From Waddliaceae bacterium (GTDB lineage Bacteria > Chlamydiota > Chlamydiia > Chlamydiales > SLOH01): a stretch of 64,000 nucleotides of DNA. The translations under genes were made by a program, and so were the position numbers. How positions within the stretch are numbered: position 1 is the first letter of the stretch; every line of letters begins with the position of its first letter. The notes beneath the pieces are model-generated. The model saw only the letters and a list, made by a program, of their open reading frames with translations, did not search any database and was not told where the DNA came from. Positions 18,486-27,616 of this stretch are shown piece by piece. The stretch covers positions 50,624 to 114,623 of the forward strand of contig JBBDJA010000014.1 of the NCBI GenBank assembly GCA_040880105.1, read 5' to 3'.

Positions 18486-19706
18486 ATGGCAAAGAAGAAG
18501 AGCAAAACAGATCAACCTAACGCGCAAAATCCATTGATCTTACGGGCAAATCGTTTGATAGATGCATTTGCTAAGTCCGATGAAGAGCGCAATTTTTATC
18601 TGGATCGAGTCGAAGGATTTCTGGTTCTTGTTGACCTAGATAAATCACAAGAAGAACTTGATAAGTTAGAAGCCGAGCTCGAAAGTCATTCCGAACGGTA
18701 TTGTTTAATTCCTAAGCTTTCCTACTATGAGACAAAAAAAATCATGGAGGGCTTTGTCAATGAAAAAGTCTTTGATATTGATATTAAGGAAAAGTTGCTT
18801 GATATCATTCAATCTAAAGAAGCCAGAGAAAATTTTATCGAGTTCATCCACGACCATATTTCCGAATTAGAAAAATGGCAGCAGTTCTATCAAGAAAGAT
18901 CGCGGATCCGTATTATTGAGTGGCTTCGAAAAAACAATTTTCACTTTGTATTTGAAGAAGATCTAGACATTCCTCTTCATACTATGGAGCTTGTAAAAGA
19001 GAATTTATTTTCACCAAAAGTGGGAAAAGAGGTGCAAGCAGCTAGAAAAACAATGGTTGCGAAGGCGCAGTCGTACTACTCCAATGAAGCGCTTAATCCC
19101 AAACCCAAACGCGGGCGCCCACCGAAGCAAGTGGCAAAATCAGAGATGGAGCCACAGATGACATCCGATATCTACACGCAAGTTCCAGCGCCTGTTCGCT
19201 CGTTTCTTTATATACCTGAAATTAAAAGCGTCACAGAGGTGACATTCTCATCTAAATATGAGACAAGGCAAGACCTTGTCGCTCACATGAGAGAGAGTGC
19301 AAATGAGGAAGGTAGAGACTTAAAGCACATTACAGAAAAACTTGCAGCTCTTCGTCAATTAACTGAAAAGTGGCATGAAAACGAGGCGGAAACGTCTCCG
19401 GACATCGAAGAAGCTCCTTCTAAACCTGTGCCAAAAAAGAGAATTACACCAGAGAGAAAGAGCCCGGATAAGATTGAAAGAAGTCCTGAAAAAAAGGCGC
19501 CGGCCACTCCTAAAAAGAAAGCACCTCCAAAAAAGGCACCTGTAGCTACTAAAAAGAAAGCACCTGCAAAAGCCGCCGCTGCGCCCGCTCCAAAAAAGAA
19601 AACGCCTGCGAAAAAACGGATCATGCCAACTAAAAAGGCAGCTGAGAAAGACAATAAAACACCCATGCGACGTGCACGCAAACTTCCTCCAAAAAAATCG
19701 AAGTGA
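18486..19706 (+). CDS. Conserved protein (UPF0158/CT429-like N-terminal domain, recalled from memory) with a histone-H1-like K/A/P-rich C-terminal tail
   Basis: 406 aa. The N-terminal 300 aa are globular (ERNFYLDRVEGFLVLVDLD...). The last 100 aa or so are KKAPATPKKKAPPKKAPVATKKKAPAKAAAAPAPKKKTPAKK... Confidence 0.7.
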   Translation: MAKKKSKTDQPNAQNPLILRANRLIDAFAKSDEERNFYLDRVEGFLVLVDLDKSQEELDKLEAELESHSERYCLIPKLSYYETKKIMEGFVNEKVFDIDIKEKLLDIIQSKEARENFIEFIHDHISELEKWQQFYQERSRIRIIEWLRKNNFHFVFEEDLDIPLHTMELVKENLFSPKVGKEVQAARKTMVAKAQSYYSNEALNPKPKRGRPPKQVAKSEMEPQMTSDIYTQVPAPVRSFLYIPEIKSVTEVTFSSKYETRQDLVAHMRESANEEGRDLKHITEKLAALRQLTEKWHENEAETSPDIEEAPSKPVPKKRITPERKSPDKIERSPEKKAPATPKKKAPPKKAPVATKKKAPAKAAAAPAPKKKTPAKKRIMPTKKAAEKDNKTPMRRARKLPPKKSK

Positions 19707-20509
19707 GGCCGGAGAAGAGACAAGCAATTGTCGATTGGATGGCGCGTTTAGGGATTGATGAAAAGGATTTAGAAGAATCTTTTGTTTTGGGCTCCGGACG
19801 CGGGGGACAGAAACGACAAAAAACGAGCAATTGTGTTGTTCTGCGTCATTTACCGACAAAAACCGTCATCAAATATAGTAAAAGTCGCTCAAGAGAGCTT
19901 AATCGCCTGCTCGCTCGCCGCTTACTCTGTGAAAAATTAGATCCAGTGCCCGCATCTCAAAATAAAATACGAAAGCAGAAAAAAAGACGCCAGCGCCGCG
20001 GGGCTGTAAAATTCCTTTGCGATGAGACGCTTGGGCAGTTAGGGGAGTGGCTGAGAGCTGCAGGTTATGATACAGACATTGCAGCGGCCGGAACAAGTGG
20101 TGATCATCTGATCAAACAAGCAAAAAAAGAAAAACGAGTATTCATTACTTGCGATCATTATTGTATTGAAAAGGACCCAGAGTCGCAATTCTCAATCTAC
20201 CTCTCATCCAATGATCAAAAGAGCGCTGTCCGTGAACTCACTGAAAAAATTTCGATCGACTGGCTATATAAACCTCTTACAAGGTGTTTGAAATGCAACA
20301 CACCTTTCATAAAAGCGCCCGAGGATGCATTAAGCAATGCACTTGAAATCAACTTAGAGCCATGCTCGCATTGCCCGCGTTGCAAGCAACAGGACCCGCA
20401 TGGTACGCATACTGACAATCTGTTACAGATCTTGCGGAGTTTTCGGAGCTTTCGGTTTATTGGTGACCCAGCAAATGAGCGGGAAGAGAAAGAACCAGAC
20501 GGCGCCTAA
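19703..20509 (+). CDS. Fusion protein: GGQ (class-I release factor / ArfB-like peptidyl-tRNA hydrolase) domain + basic linker + Mut7-C (DUF82) PIN-like RNase domain with zinc ribbon
   Basis: N-terminus: DLEESFVLGSGRGGQKRQKTSNCVVLRHLPTKTVIKYSKSRSRELNRLLA. Linker: KIRKQKKRRQRRG. C-terminus: KFLCDETLGQLGEWLRAAGYDT...RVFITCD...RCLKCNTPF...CPRC. The GTG start overlaps the upstream stop (GTGA). Confidence 0.7.
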   Translation: MRPEKRQAIVDWMARLGIDEKDLEESFVLGSGRGGQKRQKTSNCVVLRHLPTKTVIKYSKSRSRELNRLLARRLLCEKLDPVPASQNKIRKQKKRRQRRGAVKFLCDETLGQLGEWLRAAGYDTDIAAAGTSGDHLIKQAKKEKRVFITCDHYCIEKDPESQFSIYLSSNDQKSAVRELTEKISIDWLYKPLTRCLKCNTPFIKAPEDALSNALEINLEPCSHCPRCKQQDPHGTHTDNLLQILRSFRSFRFIGDPANEREEKEPDGA

Positions 20510-20971
20510 TACTAAAAGAGTCTTTACTTCACCCTTTGGAAATGCGACAGCTCCCATAAAAAGACCCGCCCGATAGGAAAGCGCCCCGCCAATTGCACCG
20601 CAAACGGCCGCGACAAACGGAATTTTCTTCACCCAAGTCAATGAGTAATTTAGTGTTGTCGACAAAATTCCATAAATTCCTAAAATCCAAAGTGGCGGCA
20701 AGGGACTCCAAATGACTCGGGATTTATAGATAAGAAACCCACTTTCGATCAATGCCGTTTCAACGACAAATCCAATTCCCACAACAGTGAAAACTTGTAG
20801 GAGTTCAAGCCATTTATCGGTACACCAGACAAAGTGGAGGATAATGACAAATAACGAGAGAGCAAACGCTATCAGTGGGTGGTTTGATGCGCCATAGAGA
20901 ACGACTGCAAACCATCCAAAATAAAAAAGCAATCCATTGATTGGATATTTAAGTTTCTCAAAAAGTTCCAT
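20423..20971 (-). CDS. Polytopic membrane protein, function unknown
   Basis: 182 aa, hydrophobic almost throughout with several TM-length segments. Divergent from cydA. Confidence 0.6.
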   Translation of the reverse strand: MELFEKLKYPINGLLFYFGWFAVVLYGASNHPLIAFALSLFVIILHFVWCTDKWLELLQVFTVVGIGFVVETALIESGFLIYKSRVIWSPLPPLWILGIYGILSTTLNYSLTWVKKIPFVAAVCGAIGGALSYRAGLFMGAVAFPKGEVKTLLVLGAVWFFLFPLICWVTNKPKAPKTPQDL

Positions 20972-21017
20972 CTCTCTATAAGTATAATAGATTTAATTTA
21001 AACGACAAGGAGTATAA

Positions 21018-22394
21018 GTGACAGTAGAGGTTTTATCGCGCATTCAGTTCGCGTTTTCAATCACCTTCCATTATATTTATCCTCCTTTGAGCATCGGACT
21101 CTCTCTTGCTATCATTTATATGGAATGGATGTTCTTGCGAACAAGAAGTAAAGCATGGGAAGCGACAACAAAGTTTTGGATCCGCGTATTTGCATTGACA
21201 TTTGCCCTTGGAGTTGCAACGGGAATTCCCTTGCCGATCTCCTTTGGTACGAATTGGGCGCGTTATTCAGAATTTGTCGGAGATATCTTTGGTAGCGCGC
21301 TTGCAGCAGAAGGAGTCTTTGCATTTCTAGTTGAGGCAGGATTTTTGGGGATTTTGATTTTCGGTTGGGATAGGGTCTCTCATTGGGTTCATTTCATCGC
21401 AACAATCATGGTCAGTTTAGCAGCCCATTTTAGCGCGGTATGGATTGTAGTCGCAAATTCATGGATGCAAACCCCGGCAGGATACGAGACCTTTACGCGC
21501 CCCGATGGGACAACAGGAGTTGTTGTCACCGATTGGTGGACGATGATTTTAAATAAGACAAGTGTCGACCATGTGTTACATGTGATTATTGCCTGTTGGA
21601 TGGCCGGCGCATTTCTGATTATCAGTATTGCCGCCTATTACCTTTTAAAAAAGCGGTTTCGGCAATTTGCAATCACCAGCATGAAAATCGGGCTTGTAAT
21701 CGCGACAGTCAGTTCCGTTTTGCAACTCGTTTCAGCAGATCAATTGGCAACAAAGATTGCAGAATTTAACCCTGAAAAATTTGCCTCCTTTGAAGGTGTT
21801 TTTAAAACACAAGAATTTACCCCAATGTACCTTCTTGGCTATGTGGATGAAGAGAATCAAACGACACGTGGAATTTCTATTCCCGGGCTTTTAAGTTTTC
21901 TTGTGCACCGGGACTTTAAAACACCGGTTGCTGGGTTGGAAGAGTTTTCGAAAGACCGCTGGCCTAAGGTCAATGCTGTTTTCCAATTTTACCATATTAT
22001 GATCACGATGTGGGGTCTTATGGTCGTGGCATCCATACTTGGGATCTACCTATGGCGAACAGGTAAGTGGAACCAGCATCCTTGGATTTTAAAATTTCTT
22101 ATCGCCTCAGTGATCTTTCCTCAATTAGGAGGCCTTGCCGGTTGGTACGCAGCTGAGATGGGTAGGCAGCCATGGGTTGTTTACAACTTACTTAAAACAG
22201 TTGATGCGTATTCTGAGTCTATCATCCTTTACGAGAACATCATCTCTCTTGCAATGTTTGTTTTTCTCTATTTATCGTTTTTTATTATGTTCTTATGGAT
22301 TCTTGATCAAAAAATTAAACACGGTCCGGATATAAGCGATGAGCATATTCCATGGACAGATAAAATGCATAGAGAGAGGGAAAAACGTGTTTGA
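21018..22394 (+). CDS. cydA: Cytochrome bd ubiquinol oxidase subunit I
   Basis: LSRIQFAFSITFHYIYPPLSIGL N-terminus, Q-loop region, GWYAAEMGRQPWVV. GTG start. Confidence 0.93.
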   Translation: MTVEVLSRIQFAFSITFHYIYPPLSIGLSLAIIYMEWMFLRTRSKAWEATTKFWIRVFALTFALGVATGIPLPISFGTNWARYSEFVGDIFGSALAAEGVFAFLVEAGFLGILIFGWDRVSHWVHFIATIMVSLAAHFSAVWIVVANSWMQTPAGYETFTRPDGTTGVVVTDWWTMILNKTSVDHVLHVIIACWMAGAFLIISIAAYYLLKKRFRQFAITSMKIGLVIATVSSVLQLVSADQLATKIAEFNPEKFASFEGVFKTQEFTPMYLLGYVDEENQTTRGISIPGLLSFLVHRDFKTPVAGLEEFSKDRWPKVNAVFQFYHIMITMWGLMVVASILGIYLWRTGKWNQHPWILKFLIASVIFPQLGGLAGWYAAEMGRQPWVVYNLLKTVDAYSESIILYENIISLAMFVFLYLSFFIMFLWILDQKIKHGPDISDEHIPWTDKMHREREKRV

Positions 22395-23418
22395 ACATAC
22401 CACACTTCAAATCTTTACCTATCTTGTTTTTTTTGCATCCATTGTTGCGTATGCCGCTCTAGATGGCTTTGATTTAGGCGTTGGCGCTCTACATTTACTT
22501 GTGAAAAAGGATAAAGAACGCCGCATCTTTCTCAACTCCATCGGACCGGTATGGGATGGAAATAGCGTATGGATTGTGATTGCAATCGGGGTTCTTTTTG
22601 CAGGGTTCCCATTTGCCTTTGCAAAGCTGTTTTCTTCTCTTTATCTGCCCATGATGTTTTTAATTGTCGGTCTGATGTTTCGAACTGTTGCAATGGAGTT
22701 TCGCAGTAAAAGCCCGCTGACTAAATGGCGCACCTTTTGGGATATTACCTTCGCTCTTTCCAGCTATCTTTTGATGATTAATCTTGGAATGATCATCGGC
22801 GCTTTAATTACAGGGCTTCCAATTGATGAAAATGGAAAGTTTCTTAGAGATCAGTTTCAGTTTATAACCATCTATTCTGTTTCTATCTCTCTACTTGTTA
22901 CAAGTCTTTTTGCTCTTCACGGAGCGATCTATCTTGCGATGAAGACAGATGGAGAGTTACGTGACCGTGTAAAAAGCTGGGTTCCAACGCTTAGTACGAT
23001 ATTTGTTTTCTTCTGGTTCACTGCAACCCTACTGACTGTTATACGCGAACCATATATGTTTGATCGTTTTAAGGAGCATCCCGTTCTTTTCTTTATCGCG
23101 CTTCTTGCTGTCGGCTGCATCTTATCTATTAGTTACTTTGAAAGAGTCGGGAGGTACGGCTTGGCATTTGTTGCCTCGACAGGGTCGATTGCTCTACTAG
23201 TGACCCTAGTCGGAATTGGGATTTTTCCACATATTGTGACATCCTCTATCGACTATCGCAATAGCTTAACACTTTATAATGCATCCTCAGGGCTAATTAC
23301 ACTTCGGGTGATTATGGTAGTTGTTTTAATTGGACTCCCACTTAGCTTTGGGTATCTGTTTTTTCTATATCGCACATTCCGAGGAAAAGTGGAAATTGAT
23401 GAAAAAACAAGCTATTAA
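22387..23418 (+). CDS. cydB: Cytochrome bd ubiquinol oxidase subunit II
   Basis: Start moved to the GTG at 22387 (VFEHTTLQIFTYLVFFASIVAYAALDGFDLGVG), 8-nt overlap with cydA. GPVWDGNSVW motif. Confidence 0.9.
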   Translation: MFEHTTLQIFTYLVFFASIVAYAALDGFDLGVGALHLLVKKDKERRIFLNSIGPVWDGNSVWIVIAIGVLFAGFPFAFAKLFSSLYLPMMFLIVGLMFRTVAMEFRSKSPLTKWRTFWDITFALSSYLLMINLGMIIGALITGLPIDENGKFLRDQFQFITIYSVSISLLVTSLFALHGAIYLAMKTDGELRDRVKSWVPTLSTIFVFFWFTATLLTVIREPYMFDRFKEHPVLFFIALLAVGCILSISYFERVGRYGLAFVASTGSIALLVTLVGIGIFPHIVTSSIDYRNSLTLYNASSGLITLRVIMVVVLIGLPLSFGYLFFLYRTFRGKVEIDEKTSY

Positions 23419-23473
23419 CTAGCCTTTACTTGAATCTATTTCGGTTTGTGTGCTACCCTTCTTACATCTTTTA

Positions 23474-23556
23474 GCCGGTGTGGCGAAATGGTAGACGCGA
23501 TAGACTCAAAATCTGTTGTTGGCAACGACGTGCTGGTTCGAGTCCGGCCACCGGCA
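23474..23556 (+). tRNA. tRNA-Leu (anticodon CAA), class II with long variable arm
   Basis: Hand-folded cloverleaf. Acceptor GCCGGTG/CACCGGC plus discriminator A. D stem GCG/CGC. Anticodon stem ATAGA/TCTGT with loop CT-CAA-AA. Long variable arm. T stem GCTGG/CCGGC with loop TTCGAGT. No encoded CCA. Confidence 0.9.
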
Positions 23557-23557
23557 C
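23542..23557 (+). repeat. Island direct repeat, left copy (attL-like; 3' end of tRNA-Leu)
   Basis: gtccggccaccggcac covers the T-stem 3' strand, the acceptor 3' strand and the discriminator. Confidence 0.7.
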
Positions 23558-24051
23558 ATATTAACCGAGTAGTTCTTAGGGACTATTCGGTTTTTTTCTA
23601 TATAAACAAGAAATTGATATTAAATTTTTTGAGTTATTGTTTGCAAAATTTTATTTCTTTTATTGATTTATAATCTTTTCAGTCTCCCAGACAAAACAAT
23701 TCCTAGGTATTTCAAAGAAACTGATTTCGTAAGTAGGTTTTTTATTGTCGATGCAGCATGTGAAATTTGGGAGATTTTTAATAATTCAGATTGTTATTTT
23801 GAATTTATGAAGTTATATTTAATTACATTGTATTATAAAGATTTAGTGAAATTTAATTTTATATAATAAATAAAACTAAACTTCAAGTTAAGTAATATTT
23901 TTTTTAAATCTAAATTACATTTAAAGCATTTCATAGGCAATGCATCTGGTGTAAGTTAAAGTTTTTAAACATTATTTATTTCTATATTCATATAAAATTT
24001 AATTTTAAATTTCTGATAATTAGTGTGTTATGTTGATTTGAATTATAAAGT

Positions 24052-24079
24052 GGTGCATAATACTTCAAAAGAATGCACC
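24052..24079. promoter_or_regulatory. Inverted repeat GGTGCAT-N14-ATGCACC, 11 nt upstream of the RHH gene (candidate operator)
   Basis: Exact 7-bp arms read directly from the sequence, immediately 5' of the first gene of the island operon. Confidence 0.3.
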
Positions 24080-24089
24080 TTGGAACGAT

Positions 24090-24272
24090 ATGGATAAATA
24101 CGCACAGAAGACAATTCGCACCTCAGTGATTTTGTCTGAAGAATTACATAAGCAAATTATCGATTTAGCAAAAAAGAATGACGTATCTACTGCATGGATC
24201 ATACGGTATGCCTTGAATCAGTTTCTTGAGACAAGCGGAAGAAAATTAAAGCTTAAGCCGATAAAGGAGTGA
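24090..24272 (+). CDS. Ribbon-helix-helix (CopG/Arc-like) DNA-binding protein
   Basis: 60 aa. [41 protein letters not shown] fits the beta-strand, helix, helix RHH pattern. The stop lies 4 nt before the hsdM start. Confidence 0.65.
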   Translation: MDKYAQKTIRTSVILSEELHKQIIDLAKKNDVSTAWIIRYALNQFLETSGRKLKLKPIKE

Positions 24273-24276
24273 AATA

Positions 24277-25854
24277 ATGACAGTCAAAATGAAAAAACAC
24301 AGATCGGGAGCAAATATTGGCTTCGAGCAACAGTTGTGGGCTGCCGCCGATAAAATGCGTGGTCATATGGACCCCTCGGAATACAAGCACGTCGCCCTTG
24401 GTCTAATCTTCCTAAAATACATTTCGGATGCATTCGACGAAAAATACAACCAACTCAAAGAAGAAGCTGGAGCAGACCCCGAAGATCGGGATGAATATTT
24501 AGCTGATAATATCTTTTGGGTTCCAAAGTCTGCACGCTGGAACGTGATTCAAGCGAATGCTCGGTCAACAAAAATTGGAACCATTATTGATGAAGCTATG
24601 ACTGAGCTCGAGAAGGAAAACACCTCTCTTAAAGGAATATTACCTAAAGACTATGCCCGCCCAACGTTAAACAAAGAGAAACTTGGAGATCTTGTCGATC
24701 TGATGAGTACCATAAGCATGAAATCACATGGTCAAAAGGATATTCTCGGACGCGTTTATGAGTATTTTCTTGCCCGCTTCGCAAGCGCTGAAGGGAAGGG
24801 AGGAGGGGAATTTTATACTCCTCAGTCGATTGTTCGTTTACTCGTCGAAATGCTGAAGCCTTATAAGGGAAGAGTATATGATCCTTGCTGCGGTTCAGGC
24901 GGTATGTTTGTCCAGTCTGAAAAATTTGTTGAGGAGCACGGTGGAGGTATTGGCGATATTTCCATTTACGGACAAGAGTCGAATCCGACTACATGGCGTC
25001 TCTGCAAAATGAACCTCGCTATCCGTCAAATTGAAGGAAACATCGGTTTCAAAAATGCGGACACTTTTCATAACGATCTGCACAAGGACCTCAAAGCGGA
25101 TTACATTATTGCTAACCCTCCTTTCAATATCTCTGATTGGGGAGGAGAAAACCTCCGTGAAGATATGCGTTGGAAGCTAGGTGTGCCCCCTGCAGGAAAT
25201 GCTAACTTTGCTTGGGTGCAGCATATTGTCCATCACCTAGCCCCCCGAGGCGTTGCAGGTTTTGTCCTCGCCAATGGCTCGATGAGTTCAAATACAGGCG
25301 GTGAGGGTGAAATTCGCAAAAAACTCATTGAAGCGGATCTTGTCGACTGTATGGTCGCTCTTCCAGGTCAGCTCTTTTACTCAACTCAAATTCCCGTCTG
25401 TCTTTGGTTTCTCGCTAAAGATCGGAAAGGAAGTTCGGAATCAAATTCTAAAATGCGAGATCGAAGAGGAGAAATCCTTTTCATTGATGCTCGCAAACTC
25501 GGATATATGGCGGATCGCACCCACCGTGATCTTGATGCTGATGCTGATATTAAATATATCGTCGATACCTACCATTCATGGCGAGGGGACGAGGTTGATC
25601 ATGAGTCATTCAAAAATGGATATCAGGATATTTCAGGGTTCTGTAAGGCAATAAAAACTGAAGAAGTACAAGAGCATGATTTTGTTCTGACCCCAGGGCG
25701 TTATGTTGGTGCAGAAGAGATTGAAGACGATGGAATCTCCTTTGATGAGAAAATGAAAGAGCTAACTCAAACACTTGCAGAACAGATGGAACGATCAAAT
25801 GAGCTGGATGAGGAAGTCAAAAAGCAATTGGCGAGGTTGGGTTATGAGTTCTGA
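24277..25854 (+). CDS. hsdM: Type I restriction-modification system, methyltransferase subunit
   Basis: HsdM N-terminal domain ([32 protein letters not shown]), SAM motif [10 protein letters not shown], catalytic motif IV NPPFN. Confidence 0.95.
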   Translation: MTVKMKKHRSGANIGFEQQLWAAADKMRGHMDPSEYKHVALGLIFLKYISDAFDEKYNQLKEEAGADPEDRDEYLADNIFWVPKSARWNVIQANARSTKIGTIIDEAMTELEKENTSLKGILPKDYARPTLNKEKLGDLVDLMSTISMKSHGQKDILGRVYEYFLARFASAEGKGGGEFYTPQSIVRLLVEMLKPYKGRVYDPCCGSGGMFVQSEKFVEEHGGGIGDISIYGQESNPTTWRLCKMNLAIRQIEGNIGFKNADTFHNDLHKDLKADYIIANPPFNISDWGGENLREDMRWKLGVPPAGNANFAWVQHIVHHLAPRGVAGFVLANGSMSSNTGGEGEIRKKLIEADLVDCMVALPGQLFYSTQIPVCLWFLAKDRKGSSESNSKMRDRRGEILFIDARKLGYMADRTHRDLDADADIKYIVDTYHSWRGDEVDHESFKNGYQDISGFCKAIKTEEVQEHDFVLTPGRYVGAEEIEDDGISFDEKMKELTQTLAEQMERSNELDEEVKKQLARLGYEF

Positions 25855-27097
25855 TTGGAAACGTGTAAAACTAGATCAAGCGCTTTGTATAAATCCCAAA
25901 GTACCGATGATTAAAGGTAAAGAATATCCTTTCGTTGAGATGTCATCCGTAGAAGCTAACAATAAAAATGTCAAAGCTAAAGAAATAAGAACTTTTAAAG
26001 GAAGTGGCTCCCGTTTTGTAGAAGGTGATACTATTATGGCACGAATAACTCCCTGCCTTCAAAATGGAAAAATAAGCAGATATAAGGCTTTTAATCAAGA
26101 AAAGCACGCCCATGGTTCAACAGAATTCATCGTTTTACGCCACAGAGAAAACATTACCCATAAAGAGTTCGTGTATTACTTGACCATATCAGATCAGGTT
26201 AAGCCCTATGCTATTTCACAAATGAATGGCAGTTCAGGAAGGCAGAGAGTCCCTGTCGACTCATTTAAACACTTAGAGATAAATTTACCTCCCATTGCTG
26301 AGCAAAAAGCTATTGCAGATATCCTTTCGTCACTAGACGAAAAAATCGAACTCAACCGCCAGATATGTAAAACTCTTGAGGACATTGCAAGTACGTTATT
26401 CAAAAGCTGGTTCATAGATTTTGATCCTGTAAAAGCAAAAGCTGAAGGTAGGGCGCCAGAGGGCATTTCTCCAGAGACTGCAGCACTGTTTCCTGATAGC
26501 TTTGAAGATTCTCCTAAGGGTCGTATTCCAAAAGGATGGAAACTAACAACTTTAAAAGAAGTAGCTTTAAACTTTGATTCAAAAAGAATACCCCTATCAA
26601 ATAGGGAAAGAGAAAAAAGAAGAGGATATTATCCGTATCATGGCGCTACAGGCGTTTTAGATTACCTTGATGATTATATTTTTGATGGAATTTATTTACT
26701 ATTAGGGGAAGACGGTTCCGTGGTCAAAGAAGACGGAACGCCCTTTACTCAATATGTGCGTGGTAAATTTTGGGTAAATAATCACGCCCACGTACTTCAA
26801 GGAATATACCCAATAAGCACAGAGCACCTGTATTTATTTATAAGACAATTAAATATTAGCCCATTCATAACTGGTGCTGTGCAGCCCAAACTAAATCAAA
26901 AAAACATGTATTCAATTCCTTTCGTTAAACCTGATAAAGAGATTTGTCGGCATTTCGCTAAAATTGTCTCACCATTATTTGAAAGAATTTATGCTCTTCG
27001 TCAAGAAATCAAATCTCTAGAAAAAATTAAAAATTCTCTAATCCCAGAACTACTCATTGGAAAAATTCGCATGAATAAAGGTACAGGTATTAAGTAA
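25844..27097 (+). CDS. hsdS: Type I restriction-modification system, specificity subunit (two target-recognition domains)
   Basis: Start moved to the ATG at 25844 ([12 protein letters not shown]), an 11-nt overlap with hsdM. Conserved spacer helices [26 protein letters not shown] and [15 protein letters not shown]. Two TRD-like halves. Confidence 0.9.
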   Translation: MSSDWKRVKLDQALCINPKVPMIKGKEYPFVEMSSVEANNKNVKAKEIRTFKGSGSRFVEGDTIMARITPCLQNGKISRYKAFNQEKHAHGSTEFIVLRHRENITHKEFVYYLTISDQVKPYAISQMNGSSGRQRVPVDSFKHLEINLPPIAEQKAIADILSSLDEKIELNRQICKTLEDIASTLFKSWFIDFDPVKAKAEGRAPEGISPETAALFPDSFEDSPKGRIPKGWKLTTLKEVALNFDSKRIPLSNREREKRRGYYPYHGATGVLDYLDDYIFDGIYLLLGEDGSVVKEDGTPFTQYVRGKFWVNNHAHVLQGIYPISTEHLYLFIRQLNISPFITGAVQPKLNQKNMYSIPFVKPDKEICRHFAKIVSPLFERIYALRQEIKSLEKIKNSLIPELLIGKIRMNKGTGIK

Positions 27098-27616
27098 ATG
27101 AGTGGAGAGAAAAGGATTCAACCCAAAATCAGGATGGAGCAATTATCAATGGCGTATATACATGCCATAGCCTCCCATTTGGGGTTTGGTGCTGACAAAC
27201 CACTAGTCGATCACGACAGCATTGACCTTACAATAAGTAGTTCCTCTGGTAGAAAAGTTAAACTTGACATACAGTTAAAATCTACTACTACTTTCACTAA
27301 TGAACAGTTGTTAAGTGAAAACATATCTTTTCACTTACCTATTAATAATTACAATGATCTTAGAACTGAAACACTTTGCCCTAGAATCCTCGTTGTCTTT
27401 TGCATGCCCTCTAATGAAAGTGAATGGATTGAGCATAGTACTGAACAATTGATCCTTCGAAAATGTGCATACTGGATCTCATTACAAGGCGAGCAGGATA
27501 CTACTAATAAAGAAACGATAACAATCAGAATTCCAACAAAGAATATTTTCTCCCCTGAAAGTCTGGAAAAACTCATGCTTAGAATTGATAAAGGAGAAGC
27601 CATTAACAATGATTAA
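27098..27616 (+). CDS. DUF4365-like protein (PD-(D/E)xK restriction-endonuclease-like fold), embedded between hsdS and hsdR
   Basis: 172 aa. EQLSMAYIHAIASHLGF...DHDSIDLTISS...VKLDIQLKSTT resembles the DUF4365 consensus (G..yv..ia...G......D.GiD..i......i.vQvKst). The ATG directly abuts the hsdS stop. Confidence 0.6.
   Translation: MSGEKRIQPKIRMEQLSMAYIHAIASHLGFGADKPLVDHDSIDLTISSSSGRKVKLDIQLKSTTTFTNEQLLSENISFHLPINNYNDLRTETLCPRILVVFCMPSNESEWIEHSTEQLILRKCAYWISLQGEQDTTNKETITIRIPTKNIFSPESLEKLMLRIDKGEAINND

Noticed and set aside
19355-19859. Two long minus-strand ORFs (122 and 166 aa) under the K/A/P-rich tail
   Set aside because: They are low-complexity mirror translations (F/G/A-rich) of the AAG/GCA/CCT-rich tail region. 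The plus-strand gene is far better supported.
20423-20509. 87-nt convergent overlap between the GGQ-Mut7-C gene and the membrane-protein gene
   Set aside because: The overlap probably reflects a non-conserved C-terminal extension of one ORF. It carries no evident signal such as a hairpin or repeat, and nothing can be concluded without orthologue alignment.
23446-23673. 75-aa ORF starting upstream of and running through tRNA-Leu
   Set aside because: It overlaps a well-folding tRNA and continues into AT-rich spacer. The composition is implausible.
23558-24089. AT-rich 530-bp spacer and the 67-aa ORF 23663-23866, checked for an integrase remnant or a CRISPR-like array
   Set aside because: I could see no regularly spaced repeats. 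The ORF is Phe/Ile/Asn/Tyr-rich, as expected from random AT-rich DNA, and no recombinase motif (R..HxxR..Y) appears in any frame I read.
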